From: Chloropicon primus
Taxonomy: Eukaryota
DNA: 64,000 bases
Direction of reading: 5' to 3'
Assembly (NCBI GenBank): GCA_023205875.1
Contig: CP060759.1
Coordinates: 992,001 to 1,056,000, forward strand
In this document: one piece after another, positions 39,995 to 47,988 of the stretch
How the letters are laid out: every line of letters begins with the position of its first letter
How positions within the stretch are numbered: position 1 is the first letter of the stretch
Translations under genes and position numbers: made by a program
Notes under the pieces: generated by a model
What the model saw: only the letters and a program-made list of their open reading frames with translations
The model's database searches: none
Told to the model about the DNA's origin: nothing

Positions 39995-42712
39995 ATGGAG
40001 GCAAGCGTTTCGAGGATTCGGCTCTCCGCGGGGGCCAGCGTCAGCAACGCGGGGAGTCGGCTCCGGTGCCACGTTGCTCGGCCCTCTCGCCGCCTGGAGG
40101 ACCTGGCCTGGGGCAGGCGATTACCCGCGAAGAAAGGTCTCGACACCCCACGCGGGCGCGGGAAGGTCCAGAGGAGCTTGAAGGCTCAGCCCGAGGTGGG
40201 GCCCGAGACCAGCACGGCGGTCGAGTTCGGCGCCGTCCACGAGGGGGACGAGTACTTCCTGCTGACCTACCTGAAGCAGAAGGCGGACCAAGCGGAAGAG
40301 GGCACGGGGGAGTCCAGCAGCGTGGTGGCCCCCTCGGAGAGCGAGGGCGAGGACGACGCAGGGGAGAGGGACGCAGGGGCTCGGCACCACCTCGACATAC
40401 CCTACCAGTGCGACAGCGACGTTGGCGGGCTGACAGTCAAGGAGCTGTGCCGGAGCTCGGCGGTGTACAATCCGGAGATCTCGTGGCTGGCTTTCAACTG
40501 GCGGGTGCTTTCCCAAGCGTGCAGCGAGAGGGTGCCGCTGCTGGAGAAGCTGTTCTTCCTGGGCGTCTCCGCATCGAATTTGGACGAGTTCTTCGCAAAG
40601 CGCGTGGGAGGCTTGAAGAGGCAGCTGGAGGCCAGCAAGGCGGACAAGCTCATGGAGGAGGAGGACCCTCTGATTTGGTCCCCAGACCATCAGCTCAAGC
40701 TCATAGCGGAGAACGTGAAGCAGCTCTCCCACCATCAGTCCCAGATCCTCCACACCCACCTCGAGCCGAGGCTGGCCGAGGAGGGCGTCCACATCACCAA
40801 GCGGTTCGCGGACCTGAGCCCAAACGAAAGGGAGAGGCTCACCAAGTACTTCACTGAGGAGCTCGAGCTGCTCCTGACGCCAATCAAGATGGATCCGGGC
40901 CACCCTTTCCCCTTCCTGCAGTCCCTCAGCATCGGGCTGGGGGTGAGACTGCAAGACTTGGGGGAAGACGCCGCCGCGGAGGGGGTCTCCTACGCCGTGG
41001 TGACCATTCCCTCGACCGTGGACAGGTGGATCAAGGTGGAGACCACCGGAAGCGAGGGTGGGAGCGGCAGGGGGATAGCCTTCCTTCCCGTGGAGCAGCT
41101 CATCATCAGCCACCTGGATCAGCTCTTCGGCGGCTGGAAGATCTTGGACGCCTGGCCTTACAGGGTGACGAGGAACGCCGAGCTGGAGAGGCACGAGGAT
41201 GAGGCCGAGGACCTGCTGGAGATGATCGCGGAGGAAGTCAGGGAAAGGATGTTCGCCCCTTTCGTGAGGCTGGAGGTGTTGCAGGGGACCCCAAACGACC
41301 TGGTCAATCTCCTGACGAACGAGCTGGAGCTCAACGCGGAGAGGGACGTCTACCACATCGAGTCTCTTTTGGATCTGTCGGACCTGAAGTCTCTCAAGAT
41401 TCCCGCGGACTCCCACCTTTCTAAACTCAAGTACCCGAGGTACGCCCCGGTCCCCATGAGCACGAACCCGTCCAGCACCCCGGTGAGTGAGCCGGAGGGG
41501 GCTGCGTCCAACAGGGGGGAGAGCATCTTCGACTCGATCAGCAGGAGCGACATCTTGGTCCACCACCCTTACGAGAGTTTCGAGAGCTCGACCCTCCGGT
41601 TCCTCGAGGAAGCGTCGACGGATCCTGATGTGCTGGCGATCAAGACCACGGTCTACAGGACGTCCAACGACAGCCCGGTGATCGAAGCCCTGCTCGAGGC
41701 AGCCGAGAGGAGGAAGGAGGTGGCCGTCCTGATGGAGCTCAAGGCGAGGTTCGACGAGGCGAGGAACGTGTCGTACGCCCAGGAGCTCGAGGCGGCCGGG
41801 TGCTCGGTGGCCTACGGACTCATCGGCCTCAAGACTCACTGCAAGTGCATGCTCGTGGTGAGGAGGGAGAGGGACTCGGGGGTTGCCCTGAAGACTTACG
41901 TTCACATCGGCACGGGAAACTACAACCCCGTGACCGCTGGCTTGTACTCGGACTTCAGCCTCTTCAGCTGCGACCCCGAGCTGGGCAGGGACGTGATGGA
42001 CGTCTTCAAGCACCTCACGGGCCTGCACAAGCAAGACGCCGTCGGGGGGTACAGGAAGCTCCTCGTGGCCCCAGCTTACATGAGGCAGCAGTTCGTGGAG
42101 ATGATCGAGCGGGAGATCGAGAACGCCAAGGCCGGCAGGCACGCCGCGATACTGGTCAAGGTGAACGGCCTCGATGACAGGGTCCTCGTCAGCAAGCTCT
42201 ACGAAGCGAGCCAGGCCAACGTCAGGGTGGACTGCATCGTTCGGGGCATGTGCAGGCTGAGGCCGGGGGTCGAGGGCGTGAGCGAGAATATCAGGGTGAT
42301 CAGCGTTCTCGGGCGCTTCCTGGAGCACCACCGCGTGGCGGTGTTCCACAACGACGGGGATCCGGCGTACTTCATCGGCTCGGCGGATTGGATGGCTCGC
42401 AACCTGAGCAGGAGGGTCGAGGTCGCCACCCCGATGGAGGACCCTAAGACCAAGGAGACCCTCTGCGACACCCTCTCGAGCTACCTGAGCGATCGTAACG
42501 CTTGGGAGATGATGCCGGATGGCACCTACAGGCAGCCCGCGACCCGGTGCGAGGAGAGCTCCCTCAGCGCCTGCTTCGTTCCCGGTGAGAAGATTCGCGA
42601 GGAGACCAAGCGGATCATGAAGGCAGCCGAGGAGGGAGGAGTTCAAGCCGCCCTCCTGATGGAGTACCATGAGTTTGATCGCTCTCACCAGACAAGACCA
42701 AGACCAAGATGA
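39995..42712 (+). CDS. PPK1: Bacterial-type polyphosphate kinase 1 with N-terminal targeting-like extension
   Basis: EISWLAFNWRVL, SNLDEFF.KRV, HPFPF, DILVHHPYESF, AIKTTVYRT, ELKARFDEARN, KTHCK, HIGTGNYN, GRFLEHHR and GSADWMARNLSRRVE. Confidence 0.95.
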   Translation: MEASVSRIRLSAGASVSNAGSRLRCHVARPSRRLEDLAWGRRLPAKKGLDTPRGRGKVQRSLKAQPEVGPETSTAVEFGAVHEGDEYFLLTYLKQKADQAEEGTGESSSVVAPSESEGEDDAGERDAGARHHLDIPYQCDSDVGGLTVKELCRSSAVYNPEISWLAFNWRVLSQACSERVPLLEKLFFLGVSASNLDEFFAKRVGGLKRQLEASKADKLMEEEDPLIWSPDHQLKLIAENVKQLSHHQSQILHTHLEPRLAEEGVHITKRFADLSPNERERLTKYFTEELELLLTPIKMDPGHPFPFLQSLSIGLGVRLQDLGEDAAAEGVSYAVVTIPSTVDRWIKVETTGSEGGSGRGIAFLPVEQLIISHLDQLFGGWKILDAWPYRVTRNAELERHEDEAEDLLEMIAEEVRERMFAPFVRLEVLQGTPNDLVNLLTNELELNAERDVYHIESLLDLSDLKSLKIPADSHLSKLKYPRYAPVPMSTNPSSTPVSEPEGAASNRGESIFDSISRSDILVHHPYESFESSTLRFLEEASTDPDVLAIKTTVYRTSNDSPVIEALLEAAERRKEVAVLMELKARFDEARNVSYAQELEAAGCSVAYGLIGLKTHCKCMLVVRRERDSGVALKTYVHIGTGNYNPVTAGLYSDFSLFSCDPELGRDVMDVFKHLTGLHKQDAVGGYRKLLVAPAYMRQQFVEMIEREIENAKAGRHAAILVKVNGLDDRVLVSKLYEASQANVRVDCIVRGMCRLRPGVEGVSENIRVISVLGRFLEHHRVAVFHNDGDPAYFIGSADWMARNLSRRVEVATPMEDPKTKETLCDTLSSYLSDRNAWEMMPDGTYRQPATRCEESSLSACFVPGEKIREETKRIMKAAEEGGVQAALLMEYHEFDRSHQTRPRPR

Positions 42713-42775
42713 CAAGACTTCGGGAGAGGAAGGCGGATCCCCGCCCCATTGAGAATCCCGCCCCCCCCCTCGAAG

Positions 42776-42842
42776 GTTGTGGACGATGACGGCAGTAGCC
42801 TTGCGTGCCTACACGTTTCAAGACTCCAGATTCTGACACAGC
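42776..42842 (+). ncRNA. Candidate box C/D snoRNA
   Basis: 6-bp terminal stem gttgtg/cacagc, C-like box ACGATGA (42783-89) and D box CTGA (42833-36). Confidence 0.4.
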
Positions 42843-42912
42843 CCACCAACCAAGCCTCGCCACCGCCGGGGTGAGCTCCGACACGCCTGCATGAAAGTGT
42901 TTTACACTCGGC

Positions 42913-43048
42913 GCGGCTCCTCCCTCTTCGGGTAGGGAGGGAGTAGCGCGGACGGTTTCGATTCGCATGGGGGAGGGCCGCACAGATTACAATCGAAGGT
43001 ACTTGATGGGGGTTACCCCTGCGTGATGGTATCGTATTAATCACAATG
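42913..43048 (+). ncRNA. Candidate box H/ACA snoRNA
   Basis: Hairpin closed by gcggctcctccc/gggagggccgc, then H box AGATTA (42984-89), a second weaker hairpin, and ACA at 43043-45. Confidence 0.35.
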
Positions 43049-43229
43049 ATGTTACAGCACCCAGACGCAGCGCAGGCCGTAGCTCTGGCGAAGTCCTGCG
43101 GGTGCGTCCATGAGTGTGAGCGCTGGTGAGAGCGATCCCACGAGGATTCTAAATTTGCTAATAAAAGCGATTTGTGTATGTGTGAGAGAAGCCTCGACAG
43201 ACAGAAGGACGGGGAGGAGCCAAAAGCCC

Positions 43230-45668
43230 ATGCCCATGGAACGCTACAAGCGTCGAGTCCTCCCGCCATCGTCGGAGAAGGTGGAGGAGTGGCTGAAGGA
43301 GGTCCCGCTGTGGCGTAGGAACACTAACTACGCGTGGCACGAGGGCGTGGCCCAGAAGCCGAACGCCAGGGAGGAGCGGGAGCGGGACAGGGGGTCGGTT
43401 CCTGCTCCTGCCTCTCGAGAGGAGGCGAGAGACTGGGAGGATGTGCGGCTCGGCGATCATTTGCGAGAGCTTTGCCAGCACTTCGTGGTGGAAAGGCCCT
43501 CCTCCTCGAGGCCACCAGCTCCTGCGCCCTCGAAAGCGAAGAAGAAGCGGCGGGTCAGCGACGGCGGGATCCAAGTCGTCGACCTCAGCGATCCTGCTGG
43601 ACCTTCTTCTGCGGAGGCCTTCTCGTCCCTGTTCTCGAACTCGCAGGAAGACTTGGTGCTTCCTGCGCACTTCCGCGACTTGAGCTCCCGGAAAAACTTC
43701 GACGAGTTCAAGCAACAGCTGGGGTCTGGTGTCGACTACGTCTTCACGCTGCTGCTCATGGCGAAGGCTTACGGCCGAGGACCACCTTCTGCGAAGTGGC
43801 GGAGCGCTGGGCAGTACTTCACATCCAGCACAGGCCTGGGGAAAGACCAGAAGAAGGTGCTGAAGACAAAGGTCGGCACCTCATTCTCGCAACTTGATCC
43901 AGAGGGGTTTCTGGTGGGGGTTTGCCTCAAGCCTGCGTCGCAGCGCTCCGGCGGGTCGGTCGATTTCCTCCCGATCTGCGAGGCAAAGGCGTGCTCGGCG
44001 AAGGTGAGCGAGGAAGTCTCCGTGGAAGAGCGAGTGAAGCTCTTCGAGAGGTTTCTTCGCAGCCCCAGCCACGGGCACGTTTGCTACGACGTACAGGGAG
44101 TCATCAGGCGGGTCCACACCGCGGGGCCCTCTGGCCTCATCACGCATCCAAAGACGAAGATCTTGGATCTCAAGCTCGTCTCGTGGTTGATCGAGCCTGG
44201 TCTCGTGCACGATGGCGTGATCGAGAGCTACGGACACGGCACTCTAGCGAGGCACTTCGGTATAGAGGAAGCTTGTGGTTGCCCTGTCGGGGGGGATCCA
44301 TTTTCGCTCGTCAGCCACGAGCTGGAGGTGTCAAAGGCCATGGCCGGCGTTCTCTACCGCCAAGTGACGAAGCTCCCGACGGAGCTTGTGACCTTTAACA
44401 TGGGCGTGGAAATGAACGTGGCTTCCGTGTTGGCAAACATGGGAAGCTTCTCCTACGATCTCCGTGAGATCCAACGTCACGAGGGGAAGATAAGGCAGAC
44501 TCTAAATGAGCTGGAGATCGAGGCGAACGCCTTGGCCGGGGAGGAGATAAACGTCCGAAGCCCGTCCGTCCTTGCGCGAATCTTTTATGACGTGATGAGA
44601 GCGCCTCCAATGACGTCAAAGACGTCTCGAAATCAGAACCCAAGGTCAACAGATGAGGCCAGAATGCAGAAACTGGCAAAGCTCAACCATCCAAAGATCT
44701 CGCGGCTGGCTTCTATCGTCCTCGAGTACCGCAAGCAGGCGCAAGTGATATCCAAGTGGATCGAAGCGGACTGGATAAAAAGCAGCGGGTGTTCAGCCCG
44801 CGACAGTTCGAAGGTGTTGCTGCAGAGCCAGTGGAGCCAGACCTCCACCGCCACCGGGCGAATCGCGAGCAGCAATCCGAACCTCCAGGCGGTGACCAAA
44901 TGCGAACTGGTTCGCAATGCGTTCTCACCCTCAGAAGAAGGAAAACTCTTTCTGGCTTTGGACTATTCTCAGATCGAGATACGACTGCTGGCGCACCTCA
45001 GCGGGGATGAAAAGCTGTGCGCACTTCTTGTAGCCGGGGGGGATATCTTTGAAAATCTGGCCCAGAGTAGCTGGCTCAAGGCAGTTCAACAAACCTCGCC
45101 CTCGGAGAAGGCCAGCGCCAGGGATCAGGCTAAGAGGGTGGTGTACAGTATCATCTATGGGACAAGCGCGATGGCTCTGGGCCAGCAGCTTGAGATGCCG
45201 GTTCAGAGGGCCCAGCAGCTGAGGAAAAGCTTCTTGAGTTCCTTCCCTCGGCTCCAAGAGTTTATGAGCCTGGTCGTCAGCGAGGCACGCAGGAACAAAT
45301 ACGTGGAAACTATCTTGAAAAGGAGAAGATACCTCCGCGACATCACCAGCAGCGACAGGCAGGCGAGGGCCGCAGCGGAGAGGAAGGCTGTGAACACCGT
45401 GGTGCAGGGCTCGGCGGCCGACCTCATCAAGGTCGCCATGGTGAGGTGGTCCAGGATGAGAAAGTCCACGCCGGAGGCGAGGAGCACCAAGCTGATGGCG
45501 ATGATCCACGACGAGCTCCTCTTCGAAGTCCCCAAAGAGGCCGTCCACTCCCAGGCGAAGCTTCTTGAGGAGATCATGTGCGGCGTGTTTCCCAACTTGA
45601 AAGTGCCCGTGGTCGTGAACGCCAGCAGCGGGTCGACCTGGGGGAGCTTGAAGCCGCTCCAATTGTAA
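43230..45668 (+). CDS. Family-A DNA polymerase (Pol nu/theta-polymerase-like, no helicase domain)
   Basis: TATGRIASSNPNLQ, motif A LDYSQIEIRLLAH, motif B RDQAKRVVYSIIYG, NTVVQGSAAD and motif C IHDELLFEV. Confidence 0.92.
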   Translation: MPMERYKRRVLPPSSEKVEEWLKEVPLWRRNTNYAWHEGVAQKPNAREERERDRGSVPAPASREEARDWEDVRLGDHLRELCQHFVVERPSSSRPPAPAPSKAKKKRRVSDGGIQVVDLSDPAGPSSAEAFSSLFSNSQEDLVLPAHFRDLSSRKNFDEFKQQLGSGVDYVFTLLLMAKAYGRGPPSAKWRSAGQYFTSSTGLGKDQKKVLKTKVGTSFSQLDPEGFLVGVCLKPASQRSGGSVDFLPICEAKACSAKVSEEVSVEERVKLFERFLRSPSHGHVCYDVQGVIRRVHTAGPSGLITHPKTKILDLKLVSWLIEPGLVHDGVIESYGHGTLARHFGIEEACGCPVGGDPFSLVSHELEVSKAMAGVLYRQVTKLPTELVTFNMGVEMNVASVLANMGSFSYDLREIQRHEGKIRQTLNELEIEANALAGEEINVRSPSVLARIFYDVMRAPPMTSKTSRNQNPRSTDEARMQKLAKLNHPKISRLASIVLEYRKQAQVISKWIEADWIKSSGCSARDSSKVLLQSQWSQTSTATGRIASSNPNLQAVTKCELVRNAFSPSEEGKLFLALDYSQIEIRLLAHLSGDEKLCALLVAGGDIFENLAQSSWLKAVQQTSPSEKASARDQAKRVVYSIIYGTSAMALGQQLEMPVQRAQQLRKSFLSSFPRLQEFMSLVVSEARRNKYVETILKRRRYLRDITSSDRQARAAAERKAVNTVVQGSAADLIKVAMVRWSRMRKSTPEARSTKLMAMIHDELLFEVPKEAVHSQAKLLEEIMCGVFPNLKVPVVVNASSGSTWGSLKPLQL

Positions 45669-45691
45669 TAGAAGAAGAAAAAAACAACTTG

Positions 45692-46855
45692 TTACACTAC
45701 ACTAAACTTGTTAAAGACTATACCACACAGAAGAGCGGTCACCAGAGCGCTCACAAAATTCACGGCGTCGTTGTTGAGGAAGTGGAGGCCAGAGATGCGG
45801 ACGATGCCTTTCCCTGGCCTGTTTGACACCTTCATGGTCCCCTCCTCCACCCCCGAGAACTGGAGCGTGGCCCCGAGGACCGAATCGACGAGCGAGCCGA
45901 AGAGGCCCGCGAGGGAACACATCCAGATGCTCGCCGGGCTCGCGGAGAGTCCCGGCGACATCGCTGCCGCGATCCAGAACGACAATCCAATGAACGCCCC
46001 ACCCAACACGCTGGCCAAGAGTCCCCAGACGCTCACCCCGCCGTTCGTGCCTCTTCTCACCCGCCTGAGAGTCGTGATCAGGATGGGGTCGCTCGGGGAC
46101 AGCACCCCGATCTCGCTCGACCACGTGTCCCCGCAGCAGCAACTGTAGTACCCGAGGAACGCTCCAACCCAAAAGGCCTGGGGTGCGGCGTGCCGGACGG
46201 CCGCCGTGTAGCAGAAGGCGATCGCGGTGGGCACGCCTCCGTTGGCCAGGACCTGAATCCAATCCCTCTGCCCGTCCTTCTTGAAATCCTTCTCGACCTT
46301 CTCCTTCTCGTCCTGCTTCAGCTTGGTGAGGAAGGACGAGGAGAAGAAGAAGGACATCAGGACAACTCCGAAGGTGAACCAGGAGGAGAACGTGACGAAG
46401 CCCACGACGAGCGCCGAGGCGGAGCCGCTGAGGGACAGGGATCCCTTGGCGTACCCCCTCAGTGCTATGACCCCCGCGAGCGCCAGGGACACCGCGTACC
46501 GCGCCGCGGGCGGCATGACGTCAAAGTAGAACCCCATGAGGACCGCGAGCGTCGCCCCGGCGACAACCTTGGCCGTCTTTCTGACTTTCCTGACCGTCCT
46601 CTTTTTCGCCTCCATGATGTCGACCCTCTCCATGTTCTCGAGCTGTTCCTTCACCCTCTCCACCGAGGTCTCCGCCCGCTGCAGCGTCTCGAGGACCTGG
46701 GCCTCTCCCAGGCTCGCCCCACCCCCCTGCTCCGCGGCCTTGGGGGCCCCCACGCTCGACGACGGCCTCCCTAGCTGGTTGCGAGGACTCGAATGCCTCC
46801 TCGCCTTGACCTTTCCACTCCACTTGCCCGCCTTGGTGCCGAGTGTGGTCGGCAT
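45692..46855 (-). CDS. TMEM19 / DUF92 integral membrane protein
   Basis: QRDWIQVLANGG, GDTWSSEIG, GTNGGVS, GSLVDSVLGATLQ and NNDAVNF. Confidence 0.9.
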   Translation of the reverse strand: MPTTLGTKAGKWSGKVKARRHSSPRNQLGRPSSSVGAPKAAEQGGGASLGEAQVLETLQRAETSVERVKEQLENMERVDIMEAKKRTVRKVRKTAKVVAGATLAVLMGFYFDVMPPAARYAVSLALAGVIALRGYAKGSLSLSGSASALVVGFVTFSSWFTFGVVLMSFFFSSSFLTKLKQDEKEKVEKDFKKDGQRDWIQVLANGGVPTAIAFCYTAAVRHAAPQAFWVGAFLGYYSCCCGDTWSSEIGVLSPSDPILITTLRRVRRGTNGGVSVWGLLASVLGGAFIGLSFWIAAAMSPGLSASPASIWMCSLAGLFGSLVDSVLGATLQFSGVEEGTMKVSNRPGKGIVRISGLHFLNNDAVNFVSALVTALLCGIVFNKFSVV

Positions 46856-47142
46856 ATGATCTCGAGGGTCTCCGTCGAGGGAAGCGCTGTGCAGAGGAAG
46901 GGGAAGGGGAAGGGGAAGGGAAGCGCTCGCTCGCTCGCTCGCGCTTCAGCACTTTGCGCTGATCCGTTCGACACGGAACGGAACGGAACGAGGTCGGACG
47001 CGGTACTTGCGCGCCGGATCACCTTGCCTCTCGGCCTCCAGACTCGAGACAGATGGTGAAACGCCCTCGCTTGAGGTGGAGTGTGTTAGTCTGCAATACG
47101 AGAGTATACTCCAGGGGGTGAAGCCTCCTCCTCTAGGGTTTC

Positions 47143-47196
<54 letters not shown>

Positions 47197-47988
47197 TGCG
47201 TGTCTTTGCTTTTTCTTTCTCCTTCGTTCTTTTTTTTTTCTTTTTTCTTTCTCCTTCTTTTGGAGGCCAAGGCCAAGGCAAGGAGGGATGATGGTTTCGT
47301 ATAAGGAAAAACCCTTCCCTCCTTCCCTCCTGAAGACTCCCGCCCTTGGACAAAACCAAGGACCACACGGGGTGAGCTTGGGGCCATCTCTCTCTTCGGC
47401 CGGATTATTCTTTGTTCTTTTTCCCCGGGGCTCGAGGGTCAAGGAAACACTTCACTTCACTTGATTGATTGATGCCAAGGAGAAGACAACGCTCGAGGGT
47501 CTCGAGACTGTCTCTCCAACCAAGGCAGGTCACGTCCAGGTCGCGAAGACTCCTTGGGAACACTCCTTGACGCTACGCGAGGCGGTGGCCAGGGCAAGCA
47601 CCGTCGGGAACAAGGAACGTCGGCAGGGGTAGGGTCGGTCGGTTGCAAAGGGAGAGAGGGACCAAGGCGGTGTCTTGGAGGGGGAGCCGAGGGAGTGTGC
47701 GTTGGGAGTGCGCCTGGGGAGAAAGAGGGCTGTCAAGGGAGAGAGCGAGGGGGGGGAGGGAGGGGAGGGAGGGAGAGATGGACAGGTGGTGTGCCCGAGG
47801 CAGAGGATTTCGTGGGAGAGAAACTCCTTGAGAGTTTGGGTAGAGAAGCGCTGTCCCACCAACGCAGCAAACAAAACCTATGGCTGAAAGAGAGAGGAGC
47901 AACAATACGTGTTAAGACTCCGAGACAAGGTATCGTGGAGTGGTTCCACGCTCTTGTAGTGTGGCTGTTCCACGCCTTCACGAGAATA

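Noticed and set aside
40121..42715. Long antisense ORFs (864 aa here; also 23383-25785, 31707-33947, 8452-10110, 12244-13797, 35054-36631)
   Set aside because: Shadows of real genes caused by strong GC3 codon bias, with no recognisable motifs.
43040..43120. SECIS element
   Set aside because: ATGA and TGA are present, but the stem length and apical AA motif do not fit, and no in-frame UGA selenoprotein lies upstream.
47140..47260. (ct)n, (gt)n and T-rich tracts, and similar (cat)n, (gac)n, (ttc)n and (ggcatt)n microsatellites throughout
   Set aside because: Ordinary simple repeats in UTRs and introns, ubiquitous in this window.
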